Origin: Myxococcota bacterium
GTDB taxonomy: Bacteria > Myxococcota_A > UBA9160 > PR03
Direction of reading: 5' to 3'
Length of the DNA stretch: 64,000 nucleotides
NCBI GenBank assembly: GCA_041611735.1
Contig: JBFIML010000022.1
Span: forward strand, 1-64,000
Shown here: positions 40,611 to 49,442 of the stretch, piece after piece
How the letters are laid out: each line of letters starts with the position of its first letter
Position numbering within the stretch: position 1 is the stretch's first letter
The notes under the pieces: generated by a model
Database searches by the model: none
What the model saw: only the letters and a program-made list of their open reading frames with translations
What the model was told of the DNA's origin: nothing
Program-made: the position numbers and the translations under genes

Positions 40611-41926
40611 GGAGTTCCCGCTCCCACGATCGAGCCGCCGGCGTCCTCCACCAGGACGAAGCCGCTTGCTGCGTTCCGCACGCCGCGCAGCAACGCGCGC
40701 AGCGGCACCATGGCGTGACCCTGTGCATGGGCGTACCAGAGCACCGCCTCGCCCCAGTTGTGGCCCTGCACCGGGCGCGGGATCTCCGCGTCGAGGTCGC
40801 GCCCGCGAGCGGCCACCAGACGCAGGGCGCGCAGCGCTCCGCCTGGAGCCCGCTCCACCACGCGGCGGGCGACGGCATCCGGCGTCTGCTGCGTCACCAG
40901 GCCCGGCGTGGTGTGGAAGCCGAAGCAGCCGTCGGCGAGGCCCGGGAGCGGACGACACGCGGCCGCCGAGGCGGCCTCTCCCGCTACCGGGCTGCCATTC
41001 TCGAACCGGACCGTCGTCGGGGTTCCCGTGGCCGTACGCAGGTGCCAGGCGCCCTTGCGCCGCCCGGCCTCGTAGCTCCCCTCGCCGGCCAGCGAGCCGT
41101 CGCGAGAGAAGAAACGCCAGGGCCCGTGGCGCAGGCCGGCCCGATGGGTGCCGGCCTGGCGGAGGACGCCACGCTCCCCCCAGCGCCAGGCCGGCCCGTG
41201 CCGCACGCCGTCCCGGTATGCCTCGGCGGCGTCGACGGCTCCCTCCTCGCGCCAGCTCCACCAGAGCCCCTGCTGGAGTCCATCGCGATACCCGCCCTGC
41301 TGAGCGCGCACCCCCCCGGCGTGCCAGCGCACCCAGCCGCCGCTTCGCACGCCGTCCCGGTACGCCACGCGCGAAGCCGGCCGGCCGTCGGGATGCCAGG
41401 TGGCGACGACCCCCTCGGCGCGGCCTGCAAGAAAGCACGCGGCCGCGGCGGTCACGCCGTCGGCGTACCAGCTGCGGGCTGGACCGTGGGGCAGGCCGTC
41501 GCGCAGGTGCACGAGGGCGCGCAGGCGCCCGGCTCCGTCTTCGAAGCGCCAGCCGTCCGCGGTCGGCGCCGGGCACGCGGGCGCCTCCGCCGTGGGCTCG
41601 GCGGGACCCCGCAACCGGGGACCCATCCGCGCCACGCTCGCCCGCTCCGGCGCGTAGAGGTCCCAGCCCGGGCCGCCGGCGCCCGTGATGCCGTGCAGCA
41701 CGCCCTCGCAGGTCCAGGCGAAGCCTGGGGCCGCCGCAGCGCCGTCGTGCCGGCGGCCCACGCTCTCCAGGAGCCCGTTGGGGCACCAGGCCACCAGGCG
41801 AGCGTCCGGCGCGTCGGCGCTGCCAACCCGGACGCGTGACCCGGCGGCCTGGGATCCGGCCGCCGGGTCCGCCACCCCCAGGAGCCCGAGGGCGATGGCC
41901 ACGGCGCTGCCGACCCCGCGGCTCAC
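40607..41926 (-). CDS. Exported MORN-variant (YwqK-like) repeat protein
   Basis: Signal-like N-terminus; repeated YRDGxRxGxWxxWH/YxDG units. GTGA overlap with the ligD stop. Confidence 0.75.
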   Translation of the reverse strand: MSRGVGSAVAIALGLLGVADPAAGSQAAGSRVRVGSADAPDARLVAWCPNGLLESVGRRHDGAAAAPGFAWTCEGVLHGITGAGGPGWDLYAPERASVARMGPRLRGPAEPTAEAPACPAPTADGWRFEDGAGRLRALVHLRDGLPHGPARSWYADGVTAAAACFLAGRAEGVVATWHPDGRPASRVAYRDGVRSGGWVRWHAGGVRAQQGGYRDGLQQGLWWSWREEGAVDAAEAYRDGVRHGPAWRWGERGVLRQAGTHRAGLRHGPWRFFSRDGSLAGEGSYEAGRRKGAWHLRTATGTPTTVRFENGSPVAGEAASAAACRPLPGLADGCFGFHTTPGLVTQQTPDAVARRVVERAPGGALRALRLVAARGRDLDAEIPRPVQGHNWGEAVLWYAHAQGHAMVPLRALLRGVRNAASGFVLVEDAGGSIVGAGTP

Positions 41927-44475
41927 TGCTCTCGTCCGTTGCCGGGCGGCGCCTGGCGCCAACGCGCCTCCAGGCGTCCCAGCGCCGCGGCCAGGTCCGG
42001 TACCATCTCGAGCACCGGGCACAGGGGATCCTGTCCGAGCCGCTGCATGCGCGCCACGGCGTTGCGCAGGTGGAAGCGCCGGACGTCCAGGCGCGGCCCC
42101 ACCTCGCGCCAGCGCAGGGGCATCGAGACCGGGGCGCCCGGGAGTGGGCGCACGCTGAAAGGGGCCGCCAGCAGGCGCCCGTGTCCGTTCTGGAGGTGAT
42201 CCACGTAGACGCGCCCCTTCCGCTGGGCGGGCCGGCGCGCCAGGGTGGCGATCGCGGGCAGCTCGAGCACCACGAGCCGCGCCAGCAGCTCGGCCAGGGT
42301 GCGCGCCGCGTCGAAGGGGAGCTGGGCGCCCAAGGGGATCAGCACGTGCAGGCCCTCGGAGCCGCTGGTCTTCACGTAGGCGGGCAGGCCGATCGCCTCG
42401 CTCAGCGCGTGGATCGCCCGCGCCACCCGCACCACGTGGGCCATGGGAGCGCCTTTCGGGTCGAGGTCGAGGATGCACCAGTCCGGGCGCGCCAGGCTCG
42501 CCACCCGACTGCCCCACACGTGCAGCGGGATCACCCCGAGGTTCGCGATCCAGAGCAGCGACTCGAGGTCGTCGCACACGAAGTAGCGGATCTCGCGACC
42601 GCCGTGCTCGCTCCACACCGTCTCGGTGCGCAGCCAGTCCGGGGCCCACTCGGGCGCGTGCTTCTGGAAGAAGGACTTGCCGTGGATGCCGTCCGGATAG
42701 CGGGTCAGCACCAGCGGGCGGTCGCGCAGGTAGGGAAGCAGCCAGGGGGCCACCTCGCGGTAGTAGGCCACCAGGTCGGCCTTGGTGATTCCCTCGCCGG
42801 GCCAGAAGACCTTGTCCGGGTTCGAGAGGGGGACCTCCCGGTGCGCTGCGTCCGCCTCGTCGGCCCCGCTCTCGGCCGCGCCGTCCGGTGCGGCGGCCGG
42901 GTGCCGGCACTCCCCGGGCGGCTTGTCGTCGCGCAGGCGCCGGAAGACCGGCTGCCGCAGCAGGCCCTGGCGCGTCACCTCCCGGTAACGCACCTCGGCC
43001 ACCAGGCGCGGCTCGACCCAGTGGTGTCCGCGGCCGCGGGGCACGCCGGCGCAGGGCGGCTCGCGCCGGCGCAGGGGCTGCAGGCGCTCGCGCAGTGTCC
43101 GCAGGGTCGCCTCGTCGAAGCCGCTTCCGACCCGGCCGGCGTAGCGAAGCGTGCCGTCCGCGTGGTGGCCCGCCAGGTGCAGGGCGCCCAGGCCGGTCCG
43201 CGCGCCGCGCGGCGCCGTGAAGCCGACGATCACGAAGTCGCCGCTGGCGAGCGCGCGGATCTTCTGCCAGAGCGGCGAGCGCCCGGGCCGGTAGGGGGCG
43301 AGCGCCTGCTTGGCCACGACGCCTTCGAGGCCGAGCCGTTCCACCTCCGCGAAGACCTGCTCGCCGCGGGCCTCGAAGTGCGGGGCCAGGCGCAGGGGGC
43401 CCCGCGCCGGCAGCAGAGGCTCGAGCAGGCGCTTGCGCTCCTGCAGCGGGAGGCCGCGCAGGTCGAAGGTCTGGAAGCCGAGCAGGTCGAAGACGAACAG
43501 CGTCGCCGGCTGCTCCACGGCCGCGCGCACGGCGTCGGCACGGCGCCGCAGCCCCGCGCGCTCCTGCAGGAGCTCGAAGCGCGGGCGACCCTCCGCGTCC
43601 GTGACCACCAGCTCGCCGTCCAGCACGATGCGCTCGTAGGGCAGGGCCGCCAGGGCGCTGGCGATCTCCGGGAACCGGGCGGTGAGGTCGCGGCCGTTGC
43701 GGCTGCGCAGGACCGGCGCGCCGGCCTCGCGGCCGGCCAGCGCCCGATAGCCGTCGTACTTGACCTCGAACAGCCAGCCCTGGCGCGTGAAGGGTCGGGG
43801 ACGCGGCTCGGCCAGCATCAGACGGACGTCGCGCGCGTACACCGGGCGTTGCGGAGCGCCGAGGCGCTGCAGGGCGCGCGCCGTCTCGGCGGCGCGCTTG
43901 GGTCCGGCGCGCAGCTCTGCGACCGTCAGGCCCGAGAGGACGGACTCGTCGGAGAGCGGTCGTTGCCCAGCGGGCTCCGGACCGCCCCGCTCGCGCAGCA
44001 GCAGCCACTCCGACTTGCCGCCCTCCGCCCGGCGGGTGCGCACCAGGGCGAAGCGGCCGCGCAGCTTGTAGCCCTCCAGATCGAACAGCAGCTTGCCCCG
44101 TTCGAGGCCGGCATCGGGATCCTCGCGCGGCGTCCAGCGTCCGCGGTCCCAGACGATCACCGCCCCGGCCCCGTAGTTGCCTTGCGGGATGATCCCCTCG
44201 AAGTCCGCGTACTCGAGGGGATGGTCCTCGGTGCGGATGGCCAGCCGCCGCTCGGCGGGATCGAGGGACGGTCCCCGGGGGATGGCCCAGGACAGCAGCA
44301 CCCCCCGCCAGGCGAGGCGCAGGTCCCAGTGCATTCGGCGCGCCGCGTGCTGCTGCACCACGAACAGCCCCGGGCGCGCCGCAGCAGCGCCGCCGAAGGG
44401 CTCCGGCGTGCGCGTGGAGTCACGTTTTTGACGGTAGGTTGCGAGGCGCGCCTGCCGCTCCGTGTGCCGGCTCAA
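41923..44475 (-). CDS. ligD: NHEJ DNA ligase D (phosphoesterase-ligase-polymerase)
   Basis: PE: YRQKRD, VVQQHAARRMHWDLRL, TEDHPLEY. LIG: FEVKYDGYR, EGVVAK. POL: LSNPDK, RYPDG, DLDP, KTSG..GLH. Confidence 0.96.
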   Translation of the reverse strand: MSRHTERQARLATYRQKRDSTRTPEPFGGAAAARPGLFVVQQHAARRMHWDLRLAWRGVLLSWAIPRGPSLDPAERRLAIRTEDHPLEYADFEGIIPQGNYGAGAVIVWDRGRWTPREDPDAGLERGKLLFDLEGYKLRGRFALVRTRRAEGGKSEWLLLRERGGPEPAGQRPLSDESVLSGLTVAELRAGPKRAAETARALQRLGAPQRPVYARDVRLMLAEPRPRPFTRQGWLFEVKYDGYRALAGREAGAPVLRSRNGRDLTARFPEIASALAALPYERIVLDGELVVTDAEGRPRFELLQERAGLRRRADAVRAAVEQPATLFVFDLLGFQTFDLRGLPLQERKRLLEPLLPARGPLRLAPHFEARGEQVFAEVERLGLEGVVAKQALAPYRPGRSPLWQKIRALASGDFVIVGFTAPRGARTGLGALHLAGHHADGTLRYAGRVGSGFDEATLRTLRERLQPLRRREPPCAGVPRGRGHHWVEPRLVAEVRYREVTRQGLLRQPVFRRLRDDKPPGECRHPAAAPDGAAESGADEADAAHREVPLSNPDKVFWPGEGITKADLVAYYREVAPWLLPYLRDRPLVLTRYPDGIHGKSFFQKHAPEWAPDWLRTETVWSEHGGREIRYFVCDDLESLLWIANLGVIPLHVWGSRVASLARPDWCILDLDPKGAPMAHVVRVARAIHALSEAIGLPAYVKTSGSEGLHVLIPLGAQLPFDAARTLAELLARLVVLELPAIATLARRPAQRKGRVYVDHLQNGHGRLLAAPFSVRPLPGAPVSMPLRWREVGPRLDVRRFHLRNAVARMQRLGQDPLCPVLEMVPDLAAALGRLEARWRQAPPGNGREQ

Positions 44476-44498
44476 GGGGACTCTCCGCGTCGCGCGCG

Positions 44499-44527
44499 TT
44501 GACGGTGTCGAAGGCGTCTCCAATAAT
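44499..44527 (+). promoter_or_regulatory. sigma70-type promoter for ku (leaderless)
   Basis: TTGACG-17 nt-AATAAT, ending 7 nt before ATG 44535. Confidence 0.65.
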
Positions 44528-44534
44528 GCGCTGG

Positions 44535-45407
44535 ATGGCAGCCCGCGCCATGGCCTCGGTGACGATCTCCTTCGGGATGGTCGCCATTCCCGTGAAGCTC
44601 TACCCGAGCACGCGCGGTGAGGCGGCGCTGCGCTTCAACCTGCTGCACGAGTGTGGCTCGCGTCTCAAGCAGCAGTACGTCTGCCCGCGCTGCGAGAAGC
44701 CGGTCGCGCGCGACGAGATGGTGAAGGGCTACGAGGTCGCCAAGGACCAGTACGTGACCTTCTCGCCCGAGGAGCTCAAGGCCCTCGAGGAGGAGTCGTC
44801 CCGGATCATCGAGATCCACGAGTTCGTGCCGCTCGAGAGCATCGACCCGATCTACTACGACCGCGCCTACTACCTGGGTCCCGACAAGGGCGGCGACAAG
44901 CCCTATCGGCTGCTGGGCGAGGCCATGCGGCGCACCGGCCTGGCGGCCCTGGCCTCGTGGGCGGCCCGCGGCCGGCAGTACCTGGTGCTGTTGCGCCCCT
45001 TCGAGGAGGGGCTGGCCATGCAGCAGCTCCACTTCGCTGCCGAGTTCCGCGAGTTCGGCGAGATCGAGATCGGCGAGGCGAAGCCGAAGCCCGCCGAGCT
45101 GGAGCTCGCCGTGCAGCTCGTGGAGCAGATCGCCAGCGACGCCTTCGAGCCCGAACGGTACGCGGACGAGGTGCGCGGGCGGGTCGAGGCCGCCATCGCC
45201 CGCAAGGCCGAGGGCGAGCAGCTCGTGCTGGCGCCGGCGGCGGAGCCGCAGGCGCAGATCATCGATCTCATGGAGGCGCTCAAGTCGAGCCTCGAGGTCC
45301 GGCGCGGCGCCGCTGCGTCCGAACGCAAGGGACCGCAGCGTTCACGCCGCGCCAAGAAGCCGGCCGCCGCGAAGGGCGCTCGCAGCCGGAAGGCCGCCAA
45401 GAAGTAG
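44535..45407 (+). CDS. ku: NHEJ DNA end-binding protein Ku
   Basis: ISFGMVAIPVKLY, MVKGYE, IDPIYYDRAYYL, IIDLMEALKSSL; basic C-terminal tail. Confidence 0.96.
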   Translation: MAARAMASVTISFGMVAIPVKLYPSTRGEAALRFNLLHECGSRLKQQYVCPRCEKPVARDEMVKGYEVAKDQYVTFSPEELKALEEESSRIIEIHEFVPLESIDPIYYDRAYYLGPDKGGDKPYRLLGEAMRRTGLAALASWAARGRQYLVLLRPFEEGLAMQQLHFAAEFREFGEIEIGEAKPKPAELELAVQLVEQIASDAFEPERYADEVRGRVEAAIARKAEGEQLVLAPAAEPQAQIIDLMEALKSSLEVRRGAAASERKGPQRSRRAKKPAAAKGARSRKAAKK

Positions 45408-45412
45408 CCGCC

Positions 45413-46243
45413 GTGTACAGCGCGCAGGAGGTGGGGGAGCTCCTCGGGCTGCCGCCGGGCCGCATCCGGGGCTGGGTGCGGGCGGGCCTGGTGGAGCCGT
45501 CGCGCGACGCCGCCGGCGACGCGCGCTTCTCCTTCCAGGACCTCGTCTTCCTGCGCCAGCTCCAGCGCCTGGCAGCGGCGCGCGTGCCGCCCCGGCGCTT
45601 GCGGCGCGCCCTCGACCGGCTGCGCGAGGTCGACGGACTCGGCCGCCCGCTCTCGGCGCTGCAGCTCGCCTGCGCCGGGCGCCACCTGGTGGTGCGCGAG
45701 GCCGAGCGGGTGTGGAACCCGGAGTCCGGGCAGTACCTGTTCGACTTCGAGGCGGCGGGGACCGAGCGGCGCGTGGTCGAGTGGCCCGGCGCCGCGCCCG
45801 CAGCGGACGGCAGCCGCCTCGACGCGGACGGCTGGTACTTCCTGGGCTGCGAGCTCCTGGAGACGGAGCCCGAGCGGGCCCGGGAGGCCTGGCGCCGTGC
45901 CCTCGCCCTCGATCCGGCCCACGCCGACGCGCACCTGGACCTCGGGCTCCTGGAGCACGAGGCGGGCCGCCTGGCCGAGGCGGAGGCCCACTACCGGGCG
46001 GCCCTGGCCGCCCGCCCCGCCGAGAGCACGGCGGCCTTCGACCTGGGCGTGGTGCTCGAGGACCGCGGCCGTCCCCGCGAGGCGGAGCGGGCCTATCGCG
46101 AGGCCGTCGTCCTCGAACCCGACTTCGCCGACGCCCACTACAACCTGGCTCGACTTCTCGAGGGCCGTGGCGCCTCCGCCGAGGCCATCCGCCACCTGAA
46201 GGAGTACCGGCGCCTCACCCAGGCGCCGGACTCGGCTTCGTAG
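45413..46243 (+). CDS. MerR-type HTH plus TPR-repeat protein
   Basis: YSAQEVGELLG..RIRGWVRAGLVEP..RFSFQDL; about 4 TPRs (DAHLDLG, AAFDLG, DAHYNLA). 5 bp after ku. Confidence 0.85.
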   Translation: MYSAQEVGELLGLPPGRIRGWVRAGLVEPSRDAAGDARFSFQDLVFLRQLQRLAAARVPPRRLRRALDRLREVDGLGRPLSALQLACAGRHLVVREAERVWNPESGQYLFDFEAAGTERRVVEWPGAAPAADGSRLDADGWYFLGCELLETEPERAREAWRRALALDPAHADAHLDLGLLEHEAGRLAEAEAHYRAALAARPAESTAAFDLGVVLEDRGRPREAERAYREAVVLEPDFADAHYNLARLLEGRGASAEAIRHLKEYRRLTQAPDSAS

Positions 46244-46988
46244 CCCCTCGCCCCGGGCGCCGCCCTTTCACGTAGCGGCGCAGGTCGGCGGCGTTGCGCA
46301 CGGCGTACCCGCCGCGGTCGTTGTTGAAGTAGGCATGGACGTCGCGCCCGCATGCCAGGTGCCGGCGGATGCGCCGGGCCTCGGCGGCCAACGCCTGGGG
46401 CGAGTAGCGGCCTCCGTGGCGCACGCCGTGGAAGCGCAGGTAGACCCAGTCGGTGGTCACGACCCGGGGGTGATCCTCCAGGAGGTCGTGCACGCAGAGC
46501 GCGGCGCGGTGCCGGCGCAGCAGCGCCCAGGTGGCGTCTCCGAGCCAACGGGGGTCGCGGAACTCCACCGCCCAACGCCGGCTGCGCGGCGCCGCGGCCA
46601 GGAAGGCGTCGAGCCGCCCGAGGTCCGGCCTCCAGCGCGGCGGCAGCTGCACCAGGATCGGGCCCAGGCGGTCCCCGAGCCGCCGCGCCCGCTCCAGGAA
46701 CGCTCCGATCGAGCCGCGGGGATCCTGGAGGTGCTTCAGGTGCGAGCCGTAGCGGCTGAACTTCAAGGCGAAGCTGAAGCCCTCGGGCGCCTCGTCGCGC
46801 CAGGCGTCGAAGATGTGGGGCTCCGGAAGCCGGTAGAAGGTGGCGTTGACCTCGACGCTGTCGAAGTGCTGCGCGTACCAGGCGAACCAGCGGCGCCGCG
46901 GGAGCGGCTTCGGATAGAACAGCCCCCGCCAGTGGTCGTACTGCCAGCCGGAGGTGCCCACGCGGAGAGCGGGCTTTCGGCGCGTCAC
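46215..46988 (-). CDS. DUF72 domain protein
   Basis: VGTSGWQY, VEVNATFY, LVQLPP, VEFRD, YLRFHG and YFNND motifs. Confidence 0.93.
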   Translation of the reverse strand: MTRRKPALRVGTSGWQYDHWRGLFYPKPLPRRRWFAWYAQHFDSVEVNATFYRLPEPHIFDAWRDEAPEGFSFALKFSRYGSHLKHLQDPRGSIGAFLERARRLGDRLGPILVQLPPRWRPDLGRLDAFLAAAPRSRRWAVEFRDPRWLGDATWALLRRHRAALCVHDLLEDHPRVVTTDWVYLRFHGVRHGGRYSPQALAAEARRIRRHLACGRDVHAYFNNDRGGYAVRNAADLRRYVKGRRPGRGATKPSPAPG

Positions 46989-47075
46989 GCTCCGAGTCTC
47001 GCCGAGCCGGCGGGCACTCTCCAGCGGCCGCTGCACCCGGAACGACCTAAGCTCCTCACAGGAGGAAGCCGGCTC

Positions 47076-48833
47076 GTGAGCCCGCGCATCACGGCCAACG
47101 CCCGCACGGTGCTCGAGCACCGCTACCTGCTCCGCGACGCGGAGGGCCGCCTGGCGGAGGACTGGCCGGGCCTGTGCCGGCGCGTGGCCCGGGCCGTGGC
47201 GGCGCCGGAGCGGGAGTTCGGCGGCGACCCGGAGCCCCACGAGGAGGCCTTCTTCGAGGCCCTGTTCGAGCAACGCTTCCTGCCCAACTCGCCCACCCTG
47301 ATGAACGCCGGCACGGAGCTCGGGCAGCTCGCGGCCTGCTTCGTCCTGCCGGTGGAGGACACCCTGGAGAGCATCTTCGAGGCCGTGAAGCGCATGGCCC
47401 TGATCCACCAGTCGGGCGGCGGCACGGGCTTCTCTTTCTCGCGCCTGCGGGGAAGCGGCTCCATGGTGCAGCGCACGCACGGCGTGGCCTCGGGCCCGGT
47501 CTCGTTCATGCGCGTCTTCGACGAGGCGACCTCGGTGATCCGCCAGGGGGGTCGGCGCCGGGGGGCGAACATGGCGGTGCTCCGCGCCGACCATCCCGAC
47601 GTGCTCGAGTTCGTGCGGGCCAAGGCGCGTCCCGACGTCCTCACCAACTTCAACCTCTCGGTCACCACCCCGGACGACTTCTGGCGGGCGCTCGAGTCGG
47701 GAACGCCCTTCGAGCTGCACGACCCGCGCGACGGTCGCGCGGTGGGTCAGCTCGATCCGCGGGAGCTGCTCGCGGAGATCGCGCGCCAGGCCTGGGCCAG
47801 CGGCGACCCGGGCGTGATCTTCCTCGACGCGGTGAATCGCGAGAACCCGACGCCCCGGCTCGGTCCCCTGGAGGCCACCAACCCCTGCGGCGAGCTGCCG
47901 CTGCTCCCCGACGAGGCCTGCAACCTGGGTTCGATCCGGCTCGACGCCTTCGTGCGCGACGGCGCCGTGGACTGGGAGGCCCTCGAGCGCAGCGTGGATC
48001 TCGGGGTGCGCTTCCTCGACGACGTGATCGAGGCGAGCCACTACCCGTTCCCCGAGATCACGCAGTGCGTGCGCGGCAACCGCAAGATCGGCCTCGGCGT
48101 GATGGGCTTCGCGGATTTGCTGGTGGATCTCGGCGTGCCCTATGACTCCCACGAGGCGGCGAAGCTGGCCGAGGCGGTGATGGCCCGCATCCGCGCCCGC
48201 GCCGAGCGCGCCTCCCTGGCCCTGGCCGCCCAGCGCGGCCCGTTCCCCAACTGGCCCGGCTCGCGGGCCCAGGCGCGCGGGCTGCGGCTGCGCAATGCCA
48301 CCGTCACCTCGATCGCGCCGACGGGCTCCATCTCCATCCTGGCCGGCTGCTCCGGAGGCGTCGAGCCCTACTTCGCCCTGGCCTTCGTCCGCCACGTGCT
48401 CGACGGACAGCACCTCCCGGAGACCAATGCGCGTTTCGAGGCGGCCCTGCGCGAGGTGGGCCTCCCGGACCGGGACCTGATCGAGGAAGTGCGCCACACG
48501 GGTTCCGTGCGCGGTCTGGCCGCAGTGCCGGAGCGCATCCGGCGGCTGTTCCCGATCGCCTCCGACATCGACCCGGCGTGGCACCTCGCGATCCAGGAAG
48601 CCTTCCAGCGCCACGTGGACAACGCGGTGTCGAAGACCATCAACCTGCCGGCGGAAGCGACGCCCGAGAGCGTGGGCGCCATCTACCTGTCCGCCTGGAA
48701 GCGGGGCCTGAAGGGCGTCACCGTCTTCCGCGAAGGGGGCAAGGGCACGGCCGCCCTCGTGCGCGGCACCGACGGTACCCTCCACGCCTCCGCCCACTGC
48801 GCCGGCGGCTGCGCCGACGCACGCTGTCCCTGA
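47076..48833 (+). CDS. nrdJ: Adenosylcobalamin-dependent (class II) ribonucleotide reductase, compact form
   Basis: PNSPTLMNAG, QLAACFVL, GGGTG, RRGANM, TNPCGE, CNLGSI, IAPTG, VSKTINLP. Ends CAGGCADARCP; no adjacent beta-subunit gene. Confidence 0.92.
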   Translation: MSPRITANARTVLEHRYLLRDAEGRLAEDWPGLCRRVARAVAAPEREFGGDPEPHEEAFFEALFEQRFLPNSPTLMNAGTELGQLAACFVLPVEDTLESIFEAVKRMALIHQSGGGTGFSFSRLRGSGSMVQRTHGVASGPVSFMRVFDEATSVIRQGGRRRGANMAVLRADHPDVLEFVRAKARPDVLTNFNLSVTTPDDFWRALESGTPFELHDPRDGRAVGQLDPRELLAEIARQAWASGDPGVIFLDAVNRENPTPRLGPLEATNPCGELPLLPDEACNLGSIRLDAFVRDGAVDWEALERSVDLGVRFLDDVIEASHYPFPEITQCVRGNRKIGLGVMGFADLLVDLGVPYDSHEAAKLAEAVMARIRARAERASLALAAQRGPFPNWPGSRAQARGLRLRNATVTSIAPTGSISILAGCSGGVEPYFALAFVRHVLDGQHLPETNARFEAALREVGLPDRDLIEEVRHTGSVRGLAAVPERIRRLFPIASDIDPAWHLAIQEAFQRHVDNAVSKTINLPAEATPESVGAIYLSAWKRGLKGVTVFREGGKGTAALVRGTDGTLHASAHCAGGCADARCP

Positions 48834-48932
48834 CGCACCGCAAGGCGGGCGCTCTTCGGGACCGCGACGCCCCAGGGCGACCCTCCCGTTGCCCTTGCAG
48901 CGCGAATCCGTGATCCTCCGCCCGAAAGGAGG

Positions 48933-49388
48933 ATGTCCATGCATGCTTCGACGCGAAACAGCAGCCGCCGCGACTTCCTGCGCGTGGCGCTCGCGGCCCC
49001 CCTCGCCCTGCCCGTCGTAGGAGCGACGCTCGCGAGCCTGCTCGGGTGCGGAGGTCAGGAGGAGAGCGCTGCGCCCGCCGGCAGCGCCCCGATGGGCAAG
49101 GCCCCGGCGCCCGCGCCGCCGGCGGGCGGCCAGGCCGCCGCACCGGCTGCGCCCGCGGCGCCCGCTGCGGGCGCCGACGAGGGCAAGCTCGTCACCGAGA
49201 TTCCCGAGAACGCCCAGCTCGTGGCCCAGCTCCAGTACGTGGGCCAGTCCCAGAAACAAGGCCAGAACTGCGCCAACTGCCTGTTCTACACCGCCGAGGG
49301 CGGAGGACAGGGCAAGTGCCAGCTCTTCGCGCGTGGCCTCGTCGCCGAGAACGGCTGGTGCGCCAGCTGGACCCAGAAGCCGGCCTGA
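48933..49388 (+). CDS. High-potential iron-sulfur protein (HiPIP), Tat-exported lipoprotein
   Basis: SRRDFL Tat motif; LLGC lipobox; Ala/Pro linker; CANCLFY..CQLF..GWCASW. Confidence 0.9.
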   Translation: MSMHASTRNSSRRDFLRVALAAPLALPVVGATLASLLGCGGQEESAAPAGSAPMGKAPAPAPPAGGQAAAPAAPAAPAAGADEGKLVTEIPENAQLVAQLQYVGQSQKQGQNCANCLFYTAEGGGQGKCQLFARGLVAENGWCASWTQKPA

Positions 49389-49400
49389 TTCTCACAGGGG

Positions 49401-49433
49401 CCCGACCCGCACCGCCTTCCGGTGCGGGTCGGG
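49401..49433. terminator. Hairpin between convergent genes (possible bidirectional terminator)
   Basis: 14-bp perfect stem CCCGACCCGCACCG-CCTTC-CGGTGCGGGTCGGG; no long U-tract. Confidence 0.65.
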
Positions 49434-49442
49434 AAGACCGCC

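Noticed and set aside
40990-41520. Periodic repeats that might suggest a CRISPR array
   Set aside because: Degenerate protein-level MORN-variant repeats; no identical DNA repeats with spacers, and no cas genes.
46989-47075. Cobalamin riboswitch upstream of nrdJ
   Set aside because: Only 87 bp, with no B12-box recognised.
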